The notes: generated by a model not told the origin, from the sequence alone. A DNA stretch of 53,207 nt from a virus (IMGVR_UViG_3300028121_000007:1-53207); one strand, 5' to 3'. Positions 1-9,541 are shown, numbered from the stretch's first letter. Made by a program: numbers and translations.

Positions 1-1247
1 GTCTCTGTACGCTGCTGATTGGCCAGCTTGACTGCCTTGTCCACCGCGCCCGGCCCACCGTTGTAAGCGGCCAGCGCCTTGGAGACATCGCCCTTGTACT
101 CACGGATCATGGCCGCCAGGTAATCAGTACCCACGCGCGACCGTTCAGCCAGGCTGTCGTCTCTGGCTGGCACGACACCAAAACCCGGATCACGGTTTGT
201 CGCATCCATGACCTGGTCCCGTCCTTTGGCGCCCTTGGGAGAGGTCACTACCGAACCGTCTTTGTTGAAATCGCGGTTGCCTGATTCAATCTGGCGCTTG
301 GCATCATTCAGCCGGTTGAAGTCTGCCCCTGCCAATGTGGCCAGCCGCACCGTGTCAGTCGGCGCCAGCGCAGGCATGACCGACCCCTTGATGACATCGT
401 TTGCCACTGTCAAGCCCACCCGTGCATCCACCGCCTTGCTGACCGCCATCTTGGTCCGCAGCAGGTCCTCCACATTCATAGCGCCTGCATTGGCCTTGAG
501 GTATTCATCCGCCTTCATGGGAAGGTCTTGATCCAGCAGCAGATTGATGGTGGTCACGCTGGCCTTGCTCGACACTGCCCGCACCGCCCCCGCAATTTCT
601 TCCTCTGACTTACCCAGGCTTCGCATGTAACCCGTAGTTCGGGTCTGCGCAATCGCCACCTCAGCTGCAGACGCTGCCGTGTCGCCCGTACTGGCCACCA
701 GCGCCGCCCGGTTGAGTGAGGACGTCACATCGGCCTGATACTGACCCTCGTCGTAGGTGCGACGCTCCTGCAGCGCATGACGATCCGCAAAGGATCCGAT
801 CTGGTTGCGCCGTGAATTCGCCACTTCCGCAAAAGCCATCCGCTGCCGGGGATTCACCAGGTCTTTGCCAATCTCTTGCGCTGACTTGTCAAACGCACTG
901 GGCAGGGTTTGCGGCAGGCCAAAGGCATCCGCGCCGCGCTTGGTAATCGCCCCTTGCTGCGGGTCGTACACGTTGACCCGCTCCCAGTCGTCTAACTTGC
1001 GCCGAGCCGCGAATACCGCGCTGGCGTCGGCTTCGCGCTCCGCTTCGTCCGCCTTCTTCTTGGCCTCATGTTGAGCCAGAGTCTGTTCATGCAGCGCCTG
1101 CGTCATCATGCGGTCGCCGATGTTCTGCACCGTACCGCCCACCCGCTGACCCGCCTCGAACATGCCGCCGCTGACGTCCTGCGCTGCCGGCGTCTGGCCG
1201 ACTTGCGGAATGAACCGGCCCGCGTTGCCTACGTTGATGCTGCCCAT
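1..1247 (-). CDS. Internal virion (ejection) protein with lytic transglycosylase (SLT) domain, 5' part; continues at 53145 down to 52178 (about 737 aa total)
   Basis: Translated by hand from ATG 1247 (directly after the upstream TAA), open to the window edge and in frame with ORF 52178..53188; SLT motifs IESG...SPKGAKGRDQVM...DYLAAM...ALAAYNGGPG...ETQAYV. Confidence 0.9.
   Translation of the reverse strand, partial: MGSINVGNAGRFIPQVGQTPAAQDVSGGMFEAGQRVGGTVQNIGDRMMTQALHEQTLAQHEAKKKADEAEREADASAVFAARRKLDDWERVNVYDPQQGAITKRGADAFGLPQTLPSAFDKSAQEIGKDLVNPRQRMAFAEVANSRRNQIGSFADRHALQERRTYDEGQYQADVTSSLNRAALVASTGDTAASAAEVAIAQTRTTGYMRSLGKSEEEIAGAVRAVSSKASVTTINLLLDQDLPMKADEYLKANAGAMNVEDLLRTKMAVSKAVDARVGLTVANDVIKGSVMPALAPTDTVRLATLAGADFNRLNDAKRQIESGNRDFNKDGSVVTSPKGAKGRDQVMDATNRDPGFGVVPARDDSLAERSRVGTDYLAAMIREYKGDVSKALAAYNGGPGAVDKAVKLANQQRTE
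2..61. repeat. 60-bp terminal overlap (copy 1), identical to 53146-53205; marks a circular assembly
   Basis: TCTCTGTACGCTGCTGATTGG...GCCCACCGT is present at both ends with offset 53144; the reading frame continues across the junction. Confidence 0.95.
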
Positions 1248-1736
1248 TTAGTAATCTCCCGCCCGTGTCGGCACCTTCGACCATGCCCGTGAAGCCGAGC
1301 CAATCCCGCTCAAGGCAGACGCCCCGGCATTGATGTAGCCCGCCGTCTTGGCGTTTTGCCCCCGGAGCGCCGCGACATTGCCGCCCGCCCTGATCTGGTC
1401 TGCGCGCGTGTCGCCTTGGTAGATGGACAGCAGCGCATCCGTCTCTGAATTGGCGTTGATGTCCTTGTCAATCAGTTCAGCAGTACCTGCCCCGAGCGCC
1501 ACACCCGACCCAGCCAGCGCCGCGCGCGCGTCAGCCCGTTGCTTGTCGCCGGCTTTACGAATCTGGCGGGCTTGCAGTTGGGCCTCACTCGCTTGAACAG
1601 ACGCATCCGCTTCTGCCTGGCGCTTTTGGTAGTCGCCCATGGCATCGGCTTGGTTGCCCTGTTGGATGGCGCTAAAGGCGCTGACGCCCGAACCGACGAC
1701 AGCTGCAGCAGCCAAGATTTCAAGACCTGTACACAT
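1248..1736 (-). CDS. Small internal virion/ejection protein (T7 gp14-like position)
   Basis: Starts MCTGLEILAAAAVVG; Ala/Gly/Gln-rich; lies between the GNAT gene and the SLT ejection protein; start trimmed from ORF 1248..1868. Confidence 0.75.
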   Translation of the reverse strand: MCTGLEILAAAAVVGSGVSAFSAIQQGNQADAMGDYQKRQAEADASVQASEAQLQARQIRKAGDKQRADARAALAGSGVALGAGTAELIDKDINANSETDALLSIYQGDTRADQIRAGGNVAALRGQNAKTAGYINAGASALSGIGSASRAWSKVPTRAGDY

Positions 1737-1738
1737 GA

Positions 1739-2182
1739 TTAAAGCTCCATGACAAAAAACAGCCCGGCGTCTTTGGCGCCCTGGCTTCGGTATAAACGGG
1801 CGGTTGCTTCGACATGAACCCCGGTGGTGATGCCCATGCGTAATTCTTTGGCGCCTTGCAGCTTGCACCAGGCTTTCAAGGCCTTGATTAAGCGAATCGC
1901 CATGATTCCGTTGCGCGTATCTGGCCGCATGAACAGCGCATGCTCATAGCCGACTTTTTCCTCTGAGAACCAATACTCGGTGACGCCCCCGGCAATCCCG
2001 CCAACAATCTCGCCGCCCTGACGGACCACAAAGACCACCCCGTCTTGCGTCATCAAGCGCCGTAGCAGGGCAGACACCTTGTAGCGGTCATAGGGAATGC
2101 TCCTGTAGTCCGACTCGGCGTGCATCAGCGCACCCAGTTCGACCATGCGGTCCACATCCTCAATCTTGCCGACTTCAATCAT
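1739..2182 (-). CDS. GNAT-fold protein (T7 gp13-like position)
   Basis: FMRPDTRNGIMAIRLIKALKAWCKLQGAKELRMG...ARLYRSQG matches acetyltransferase motifs A/B; typical position after tail tube B. Confidence 0.8.
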   Translation of the reverse strand: MIEVGKIEDVDRMVELGALMHAESDYRSIPYDRYKVSALLRRLMTQDGVVFVVRQGGEIVGGIAGGVTEYWFSEEKVGYEHALFMRPDTRNGIMAIRLIKALKAWCKLQGAKELRMGITTGVHVEATARLYRSQGAKDAGLFFVMEL

Positions 2183-4562
2183 TGGTAGATACCTTTCGAA
2201 TCAGGTTGAGCAGGTGAAAAGGCAGGGGATAGGGCTGGGTGATGACCTGCTTTGTCTTGTATATCTGGTCCGAGAACGTCGCCACGCGGATATCGCCAGC
2301 AAAATCAGGTGGCGGCTGGTCCAGCAGGCCCGCACCGAACCGGCGCGGGTCAATCTCCTGGCCGTTCAAAACCACCGCTTTCGTGTCCAGCACGCGCAGG
2401 ATGACTTCATTGACGCTGACCGGGTTGCCCTGAATCGTGGAGCCGTTGCCGCTGATTTCAACCTGTAGGGCTTCGACCAATGCCGTGTACCCCAGGCCGA
2501 TCTGTGTATTCACCGCGACACGGGGCAGAGTGACCTGGCCGAACTCCACCACGAACTCGCCCATGTAGGCGCCATCGGCCAAGACTTGGACCGTCATGCC
2601 TTCGAGGTGATCCAGTCCGGACCAGGTGTCACGTCCTGCAGCGTCATAGCCCACGACACACGAATCCAACGCCACGTCCACATCAAAGACCTCGATGTAG
2701 CGCCGTGGCACGCCCCCGACCGTGCGATTGACCACCACATAGGCGTCTTCTGCCGTCCGCGTAGGCACATTGGCGACCGACTCAAACGCGCCTTGCGTCA
2801 GCCAGCGACCCCAGCCGATCACGTCTTGTTCGACGTCATAGGCGCAAACCGCCATTTGTCCGTCCGCGCGGATACACAGCAGGCGCGGGTCCGGTGTTTT
2901 CTGGTAAGCCATTTCCACAATGCCGCTGGCTGTGATGTGCTCTGAAAAGATGGTGCGGTCTGGTGCGTTGAAGCCGTCATTCTCGTAGCGGTAGCCAATG
3001 CCATGCACCTTCTTTCCCGCAGCTTGCACAAACAACGTCTCGTTGCCGACCTTGACCGGGCGCACGTCATTGGCCCCCGCAGACGATTCATCGGTCTTTT
3101 GGATGTTCGTCGGTCCCAAAGGTTTTTGGTCATTGCCGCCGTTGATGCTCATTTCATCCAGGTCTGTCAACGCCAGCAGCCGGCGTGATGGCGTCAGGTG
3201 CTGAATGGGACTGTTCCGCGCGCCATCGAGTTCAAAGGCAAATGCAGCATCGTCATCGACCCCTGCCGCGAAATTGAGCGTGTCACCGACAAAGCTGCCC
3301 CAGAGGTGCTGGGGATAGGCGAATGTCGATGCGTAGAGCAACCGCTGGCCACCCAGGGCCACGGCACGCGGATAGCCCGCCACCGCATCCCATGCCGGCG
3401 AGGCCAGCACCCAGCCATTGGCCGGAACGGCGACCGTTGACGATGCTTCTGTCACCACCAGGGCCGAGGCAGCTGCGCCTGCAATGCTGGTGATTTTGTA
3501 GCTCCCGCCATTGACCTCGACGGTTTTGCCAATGTCCTGCGCACGCCAGTCGGCAATAGACATACCCCATCCGTTGATGCCATAGGTCAGGCTCAAAAAC
3601 ACATCGGTGACGTTCAGGCTCACTTCTGACGCCGTGGTGAAGGCCGTGATAACCCCGACGCCCGCATCGGCATAAATGACCCGGCCCACGTCAGCCGGCA
3701 CAAACGCAGGTATCGCACTGGTGGCCGTGGACGCGCCTACCGCCTTGGATGAAAGGGTCAGCGAGGTGGCGCGCGGCTCACCAATGTACAGCTGCGCTGT
3801 GGCGCCTTCCGGTCCTTTGATGTCGGCGCGCAAAAACCCTTGCGGACTGCCTGCCAATGACCACACCCCATCAGGGATAGACGTGGACACAAAAGGGGTC
3901 TGAATGTCCAGATTGACCACCGTGTTAGAAATGTAATCCGTGACCAGGCCGCGCCCGCCGCCACTGACCAGCACCCGGCCCACATCGGTGATGCGAAATG
4001 CAGAGGCAGACGCCGTGGCCGTTCGCGCTCCGGGCAATCCTGACGACAGCGTGACGGTGGCCGGTGGAAAGGTGCCCCGTTCGGCGGTAGGCATGTTGCT
4101 GAACGGCATGTTCATCATCACCCACTGCGCGTCCGAGAATCTTTGCAGCCGCTGGGGATAGGCCGACTCATGCGCAAAAAATGCAGTGTCTGACTTTTGG
4201 GCGTAGCGAATCTCGCGCCGCATGCCTTCTGCAAACGGCGTGCTGACCTCATAAGGCAAACCGCTCGAGAGGATGGCCTGGCGGTCCCGGATGAAGCGCA
4301 TGTACCCGCCGCCCACCTCGATCACATAGGACTGGTCACGGGAAAATACGAAGTCAATCAGGCGCGCGGAATTGCTGGACTTGGTTTCAGCGATGAACCG
4401 GGTTCCTGGCCGACGCCGTGCGCCACCTTGGATCGTCAGGGCGATGTTTTCCTGTCGGCGGCTGCCGTTGGCATACTTGGCGACATCCATGCGGCCCAGG
4501 GCAATGCGTGGAGACAACTCGCCAGAGCTGAAGTTCGATTGAATGATCGTCGTCTTGGCCAT
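2175..4562 (-). CDS. Tail tubular protein B (nozzle)
   Basis: 795 aa; N-terminal QSNFSSGELSP; GGARRRPGT; GLDHLEGMTVQVLADG; synteny. Confidence 0.9.
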   Translation of the reverse strand: MAKTTIIQSNFSSGELSPRIALGRMDVAKYANGSRRQENIALTIQGGARRRPGTRFIAETKSSNSARLIDFVFSRDQSYVIEVGGGYMRFIRDRQAILSSGLPYEVSTPFAEGMRREIRYAQKSDTAFFAHESAYPQRLQRFSDAQWVMMNMPFSNMPTAERGTFPPATVTLSSGLPGARTATASASAFRITDVGRVLVSGGGRGLVTDYISNTVVNLDIQTPFVSTSIPDGVWSLAGSPQGFLRADIKGPEGATAQLYIGEPRATSLTLSSKAVGASTATSAIPAFVPADVGRVIYADAGVGVITAFTTASEVSLNVTDVFLSLTYGINGWGMSIADWRAQDIGKTVEVNGGSYKITSIAGAAASALVVTEASSTVAVPANGWVLASPAWDAVAGYPRAVALGGQRLLYASTFAYPQHLWGSFVGDTLNFAAGVDDDAAFAFELDGARNSPIQHLTPSRRLLALTDLDEMSINGGNDQKPLGPTNIQKTDESSAGANDVRPVKVGNETLFVQAAGKKVHGIGYRYENDGFNAPDRTIFSEHITASGIVEMAYQKTPDPRLLCIRADGQMAVCAYDVEQDVIGWGRWLTQGAFESVANVPTRTAEDAYVVVNRTVGGVPRRYIEVFDVDVALDSCVVGYDAAGRDTWSGLDHLEGMTVQVLADGAYMGEFVVEFGQVTLPRVAVNTQIGLGYTALVEALQVEISGNGSTIQGNPVSVNEVILRVLDTKAVVLNGQEIDPRRFGAGLLDQPPPDFAGDIRVATFSDQIYKTKQVITQPYPLPFHLLNLIRKVSTND

Positions 4563-5143
4563 CAGTAGCGCCCCGTCAGCAGCGTGAAGTCGTCGCTCAA
4601 TGACTGGCTAGGGTCTTCCTGCGAATCAATAGAGCGTGCCATCTTTGCCAAAGCCGCGTATTCGGACTTGAGTTCATCGCGCAGGCTGGCCGATTGAGTC
4701 AGTGGATAAGCGAGCTTCCACAGCATGCGCGCGATCATGAGTTCTTGCAGCTTGGCGTCCCACGTCGATTCGTCCTCGTTGCGGTACACGTACTCAATGG
4801 ACAGGGCAGAACCCGGCGCCATGATGTTGCGGCCCATGACGCGCCATGAGGAAGTCTCGGACGCCATATCGACCCGCACGTCCCCCACCGACACGAGCCG
4901 GAGGAAGTCGCCGGGCAGGCCGAACTGCGAGCGGTAGCCAAAGACGGGCGACTGAGCCAAAGGCGCCAGCACTACCCGTTTAACCGCGCAGTTCCAGATA
5001 TGTTCCCGAAGGATCGAGTCCCGCTCGAAGGGGTAGATGTTCGCGCAGATGCGGGCCAAGTCCCCCGGTTCTTCAAACGAACTGATGGGCGACTTGCCCA
5101 ATTGCAGCAACGCCGCCGAACAGATATTGATTGCGCTGCTCAT
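4562..5143 (-). CDS. Tail tubular protein A (adaptor)
   Basis: INICSAALLQLGKSPISSF...HIWNCA...LPGDFLRL; AGGGGG RBS before ATG 5143. Confidence 0.88.
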   Translation of the reverse strand: MSSAINICSAALLQLGKSPISSFEEPGDLARICANIYPFERDSILREHIWNCAVKRVVLAPLAQSPVFGYRSQFGLPGDFLRLVSVGDVRVDMASETSSWRVMGRNIMAPGSALSIEYVYRNEDESTWDAKLQELMIARMLWKLAYPLTQSASLRDELKSEYAALAKMARSIDSQEDPSQSLSDDFTLLTGRY

Positions 5144-5161
5144 TGTTCCCCCTGTCAAACG

Positions 5162-5192
5162 AAAAAAAGGGGCAGGCTGTGACACCTACCCC
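5162..5192 (-). terminator. Rho-independent terminator after the capsid/decoration genes
   Basis: GGGGTAGGT-GTCACA-GCCTGCCCC followed by T7 on the minus strand. Confidence 0.8.
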
Positions 5193-5215
5193 ATGCTGGG
5201 CTGGGTCGCCCCAGG

Positions 5216-5677
5216 TTACGGCGCGATGTACGGAACTTCCACGCGGAACTGCTGATTGGCCAAGCCGGCCGCACCGGCGAAGGTCAGGTAAATCTCGCAG
5301 TCTTGCGGCAGGTAGTATTCCTGGCCGTTGATGCACTTCGTCCCTGTGTTGACCTGAACCGTTGCAGCTGCGTTGATAGCAGCCGCGTTGACGATGGCGG
5401 TCGCGTCGATAGCAACTTTCGTCACCGCGTCACGGATGCCGACCGACAAGGTAGAGGCGGCTGTGCCTGCACCGCACGAGACGGTGATGGGCAAAGCGAT
5501 GCGCGAACCCTGCTTGAGAACGAGCTTTGTGCCTGCGGTGTCATTGGCTGCGGGCGCCACATAAGCGGCAGCGCTCTGAATGACCGCGCAACGCAGGCGG
5601 TTCTGAATGGCTGCGGGCGACTTGCGGCCTGCGGTCTGGTCCACTTGCGAGCGAACGACCAAAAGGTTTTCTGCCAT
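5216..5677 (-). CDS. Probable capsid decoration/cement protein
   Basis: 153 aa, beta-rich, immediately after the capsid gene with AGGAG RBS; position matches BPP-1/epsilon15 cement proteins. Confidence 0.65.
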   Translation of the reverse strand: MAENLLVVRSQVDQTAGRKSPAAIQNRLRCAVIQSAAAYVAPAANDTAGTKLVLKQGSRIALPITVSCGAGTAASTLSVGIRDAVTKVAIDATAIVNAAAINAAATVQVNTGTKCINGQEYYLPQDCEIYLTFAGAAGLANQQFRVEVPYIAP

Positions 5678-5702
5678 GATGAATTCTCCTGAAAATGCAA
5701 TT

Positions 5703-5732
5703 GAAACGAAGAAGGCCCGGACTGTGCCGGGC
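5703..5732 (-). terminator. Weak hairpin/terminator after the major capsid gene
   Basis: GCCCGG-CACAGT-CCGGGC followed by CTTCTTCGTTT. Confidence 0.4.
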
Positions 5733-5743
5733 GTTCAAATGGG

Positions 5744-6613
5744 TTACTGGAAGTCGATTCTCACGACTTTCTTTTCGTCCTGACGACCGGCGCCGTAGCT
5801 GGCTTCCATGGAAACCTGCCATGCGTTTTGCTTGTCGGGGCGCTGCTTGATGTCGCCCTGCTCGTAGCCGTCGCCGAAATGGATGGCGTCTTTCGTGTAA
5901 GCAACGGTCGAGTACACGCCGCCAGAGACTTTCAGGCGCTCGTAGGGAATCCAGGTGAAGCCCATCCAGTTCGCCATCTTGCCGGTTTGCAGCATCTGGC
6001 CGGCGAGAAAGTCCGCGCTGGTCAGGGTCGTGTCCGACAGAATCTGCGTCAAGGCGACGGAGTTGTACAGCATGTACAGTTCCTCGCCTTCCTCGAACGA
6101 GTCAACCTCGTTGGCGCGCATGATGGTCTTGGCTTGGATGACCTTAGCTTTGGTTAGGCCCGTGCCGCCGCCTGCAATGATCTGGCCGGCTGGCAAGTCA
6201 TAGGTGGTCGAGCCGTCATTGGACAGCATGGGGTTCAAAGCCGCGTTGTAGATGATGTCATCGACCTTGCGGTTTTTGGCATTCATCAGCGTGGTCATGT
6301 ACTGGCCGCCCGTCACGGGATTGACGATCATCTTGGGGATGTCGGCACGGTCCAGCGGCAGGGCGCGGAAAAAGTCGCGCATGGGCACGGTGCGGGCGCC
6401 AAACAGGGTGTCGCCCCACTCGGTATCACCCAGACGGATGACCTTTTCATCCAGTTCGGTCGTGCCGATGTTGGTAATGGTGAAGGCCGAGCCGGTGATG
6501 TGGCCGCGATCCATGACGGTGCCACGCAGGCGGGACTGGCGTTGTTGTGCGGCAAGGCGCAGGGATGTGTCGAACTGGGTGACAAATGCCCGGTCGATGG
6601 TTTCTGATGGCAT
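5744..6613 (-). CDS. Major capsid protein
   Basis: 289 aa; AFVTQF...QQRQSRLR, NRKVDDII, WMGFTWI, YGAGRQDEKKVV typical of short podovirus capsids; AGGAG RBS. Confidence 0.9.
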   Translation of the reverse strand: MPSETIDRAFVTQFDTSLRLAAQQRQSRLRGTVMDRGHITGSAFTITNIGTTELDEKVIRLGDTEWGDTLFGARTVPMRDFFRALPLDRADIPKMIVNPVTGGQYMTTLMNAKNRKVDDIIYNAALNPMLSNDGSTTYDLPAGQIIAGGGTGLTKAKVIQAKTIMRANEVDSFEEGEELYMLYNSVALTQILSDTTLTSADFLAGQMLQTGKMANWMGFTWIPYERLKVSGGVYSTVAYTKDAIHFGDGYEQGDIKQRPDKQNAWQVSMEASYGAGRQDEKKVVRIDFQ

Positions 6614-6655
6614 GGTGAAAACTCCTGAAAGGGTTGAACTTGGTTTCTCGCCTGT

Positions 6656-6735
6656 CAGGTGTTCCCTTGCGGGGCCTGCTGTTTACGCTGGCTATGCGGG
6701 CATTTCATGGTGATCCAGGTGCCAACCTGGGCCGA
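6656..6735 (-). promoter_or_regulatory. Structured 5' leader of capsid mRNA with two similar stem-loops
   Basis: GGCCCAGG-TTGGCA-CCTGG-ATCACC and CAGGCCCC-GCAA-GGG-AACACCTG. Confidence 0.5.
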
Positions 6736-6742
6736 TGCACGC

Positions 6743-6778
6743 AGTATGGAAGGCCGCCCCGTCAAAATCCCGGACAGA
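6743..6778 (-). promoter_or_regulatory. Putative late promoter 1 (capsid)
   Basis: TCTGTCCGGGATTTTG-N14-CATACT-GCGTGCATC. Confidence 0.75.
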
Positions 6779-6794
6779 TGCAGCCTTTGTCCCG

Positions 6795-9527
6795 TCAAAT
6801 CGTGGGCGCTACTTTGTAGTTGTACAAGCGCAGATCACCCGCCCCCACTTCCTGTTCTACGCCGATCTCACAGCTCACCACGTACTCATTGCCAAGCGCC
6901 CAAGGCTGGCCGGCAGAGTCCACGCGGGTTGAGATGTAGTTGATGAGCGCGCCGATGTTGATAACGGTCCCCTGCGGTACAGGCATCACGTCCGGAACAA
7001 AAGCGATCATCTTCCAGCCGTACTTACCAAACGTGCCATCCAACCCGCTAAAGTTGTAATCGAGCCGCTTGGCGCTGTTTTGCGTGCAGTACACATGCCA
7101 TAACTTTCCGTCAATCACCGCGTCATGGCTATACCAGCCAGGATTGCGTCCAACCGGATGAGAGCCGTAGCCGCCCCAGTTGACCAGCGGAATCATGATT
7201 TCATGCGTAATAGGAGACTGGCTAAATCCTCGGTACTGACCCGGCAGCGACTGCAGCCACAAGTCGTAAGACAGGTGCCCTTTGCCAGTAGGGAGGCCAC
7301 CGATAAAGTCAAAATCGCAAGTGGCCTTCAGACTGGTGAGCGGCAACTGGAGTGGAAAGAACGTGCCTGGCGTCGCGCCAGACGGTATGGTTTGCGCCGT
7401 GCTGCCATCCGGCAGGCGAACCGGCAACTCCCATCCGGGAACATTGCCTGTGGCCGTGTAGTAGCCCGGCTTTCTTCCGCTCAGAATGGCAGGGTAGCCT
7501 TTGACCTCCTGTGCGCCAGGCGGGTTCGGCCAGCGCCATTTGATGCGCGCCGCCACCTGACCCTTTGGCCCCACGTCGAAACTTCGCCCCACATACTGCT
7601 CGAACTGTGTTTCGGCAAGGCCTTCGACAATGCTGCCCTTGCCCCAGCGGTTGTCCTGTACCCAGTAAGCATCCGAAGGGTTGCCCATTTGCAGGAAAAA
7701 CCTGTCTGTATTGGACTCCAGCGCAATCGTCGGTGCGCCTGCAGGCGGAGTCACTATAACCTCCGGCACGGCGTAGGCAATGCCGGCCTTGGCGGCGCAG
7801 AATGCCCCGATGGCATCCCGTGTCGCTTGATTAGGTATGGAATTCTTGGTGTACACCACCTGGAATACTTCCAGGTTCGCCGCATCAGTCCCAGCCGCAT
7901 TGAGCGCGCCGAGCGTGAACCCGGCCGTGCCGGCTGCAATGTTCGCGCAAGCAATGCTAACCACCGCCCCGCCATCGCGCCTCACATACAACTGACCTCC
8001 CGTCAACCATGCCTCAATCGTGACCGGAGTGGTCATGGCGACATTCACTGTGGCGCCCGAAGCAATGGCCCGCGATGTTCGACTGGCCCCCGTGCCCACG
8101 CTCATAATGAAGTCGTTGGACACCGCGCCGTTATGCTGCAGCCGAATCCCGGTGTTGTCTCCCGCCACGTCCGAGAACAATGTGCCGGTCAAGCCATAGA
8201 CCCGCGCCGAATACGCCAGATAAAACCCTGTGGTCGCGCCACCGCCTGCTTCACTGACCATGCCGTTTTGCATGTAGCCGGAATGCTGCGCGCCGCCGTT
8301 GAAGCTGTGCGTGTACCCGCGCAATGCGTCGTTGGCCTGCACTGCATGGTTGCTGCCGCCCGAGCGGTCCAGCCAGCGGCCGAACATCGAGTCATACAGG
8401 CTGAGGGATTCGCCGTTACTGGCTGATGCGTGAAACCGGTTTGTCGGCTCTGCGTCGAACCATGCACCCACCACCCCTGCCGAGAAGGCAGCAGATGGCG
8501 CGTCAGATGTCGGCGTCACCACGGGCGGAGTGCTGGCGAGGACTTCCCGGTACACATTGACAATGTGCATGGTCGCCCCGTCATAGCGCATATCCAGGAT
8601 GGTGCGGGCACCGACCGCACCGGACAGCGCGACTGACGAAGGCGCATAGCCCGCTGCCAAGGTCAAGGTTCGGTCTGCCACCGACCCCATGAGCAGGAAC
8701 AGGGTGTAGCTGCCTGGCGTCATGTTGGTAGGCAGGGCCAAGGTAGCATTACCCGTCAGGGTGAGGAAGGCCGTGCTGCCCAATGCCGCATTCCAGCCAA
8801 TCGGGTTCGTGCCGGAAAACACCAGCGTCTGCGGCTCAGGCGAGGAAACGCTACCCGACACGACGATATTGCCCGAGCCGATCAGGCTTTGGCCGCCCAC
8901 GGTCTTGAGTGTGACGCCTGGCACCAACGCTGCTTGTTTTTCAGCCAGTGCCGCCGCCAGACCGGTGACGCTGGTCATGGGCTGAGAACCCGTGTGGTTC
9001 GCCCTATCCTTGAGGATCAAGTCTGTGCTGTTCGCTGTCGCGCCGACCGCAACGCCCGACAGCTTGGACAGCGCCGTATCGAGGCCGGTCACGCTGCTGC
9101 TTGGCTGGGTTCCTGTATGGCCCGCTCTGTCTTTCAATACCGCGTCGCTGCTGTTGGCGGTAGCACTGGGCGCCACACTTGCCAACTTCGCCAAGGCCAC
9201 GGGCAAATCCACAACCGAACTGGCCGGCTGCGTGCCCGTGTGGTTTGAGCGGTTAATCAGGGCTGCATCGCTGCTGTTGACTGTCGCGCCGGGTGCTACG
9301 CTGTTGAGCTTGTTGCGTTCGTCCGTGGTCAACCCCACGCCCGTAGGCAGGGCCAGCACCTGATTGGCGGCAGTGAGCGCAGCTTGGGCAGAGGCGGCAG
9401 CGGTATCAACCTTTGCATCCAGACCCGACAGGCCGGTGGTGTACTTGCCCAACATCGCACGCTGTGCGACGGAGAACTCCAGAATGGCAGCTTCGAGCTT
9501 GTTGGCTAACTCTTTGTTGGTGGGCAT
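6795..9527 (-). CDS. 910-aa fibre-like protein: N-terminal NHTGTQ repeats, central LamG/ConA-like domain, C-terminal GH12-like glycoside hydrolase
   Basis: Three 41-aa repeats; WFDA...WLDRSGGSNHAVQ; YWVQDNRWG...VKGYPAIL...SYDLWL...EIMIPL...IDGKLWHVY...SCEIGVE. Confidence 0.75.
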   Translation of the reverse strand: MPTNKELANKLEAAILEFSVAQRAMLGKYTTGLSGLDAKVDTAAASAQAALTAANQVLALPTGVGLTTDERNKLNSVAPGATVNSSDAALINRSNHTGTQPASSVVDLPVALAKLASVAPSATANSSDAVLKDRAGHTGTQPSSSVTGLDTALSKLSGVAVGATANSTDLILKDRANHTGSQPMTSVTGLAAALAEKQAALVPGVTLKTVGGQSLIGSGNIVVSGSVSSPEPQTLVFSGTNPIGWNAALGSTAFLTLTGNATLALPTNMTPGSYTLFLLMGSVADRTLTLAAGYAPSSVALSGAVGARTILDMRYDGATMHIVNVYREVLASTPPVVTPTSDAPSAAFSAGVVGAWFDAEPTNRFHASASNGESLSLYDSMFGRWLDRSGGSNHAVQANDALRGYTHSFNGGAQHSGYMQNGMVSEAGGGATTGFYLAYSARVYGLTGTLFSDVAGDNTGIRLQHNGAVSNDFIMSVGTGASRTSRAIASGATVNVAMTTPVTIEAWLTGGQLYVRRDGGAVVSIACANIAAGTAGFTLGALNAAGTDAANLEVFQVVYTKNSIPNQATRDAIGAFCAAKAGIAYAVPEVIVTPPAGAPTIALESNTDRFFLQMGNPSDAYWVQDNRWGKGSIVEGLAETQFEQYVGRSFDVGPKGQVAARIKWRWPNPPGAQEVKGYPAILSGRKPGYYTATGNVPGWELPVRLPDGSTAQTIPSGATPGTFFPLQLPLTSLKATCDFDFIGGLPTGKGHLSYDLWLQSLPGQYRGFSQSPITHEIMIPLVNWGGYGSHPVGRNPGWYSHDAVIDGKLWHVYCTQNSAKRLDYNFSGLDGTFGKYGWKMIAFVPDVMPVPQGTVINIGALINYISTRVDSAGQPWALGNEYVVSCEIGVEQEVGAGDLRLYNYKVAPTI
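8943..9311 (-). repeat. Three tandem 123-bp (41-aa) degenerate coding repeats
   Basis: KLxSVAPGATxNSSDAxLxxRxNHTGTQPxSSVxxLxxALA repeated three times (aa 73-195). Confidence 0.85.
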
Positions 9528-9541
9528 GTACGGTTCTCGGG

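Noticed and set aside
2-61. Terminal 60-bp repeat as the biological direct terminal repeat or att site
   Set aside because: It lies mid-gene within the SLT domain and has mismatched outermost bases; typical assembler overlap
7125-8426. Long plus-strand ORFs opposite structural genes (7125..8426, 9413..10441, 10646..11410, 44098..44961, 50634..51539)
   Set aside because: Antisense shadows of GC-rich coding genes; no RBS and implausible composition
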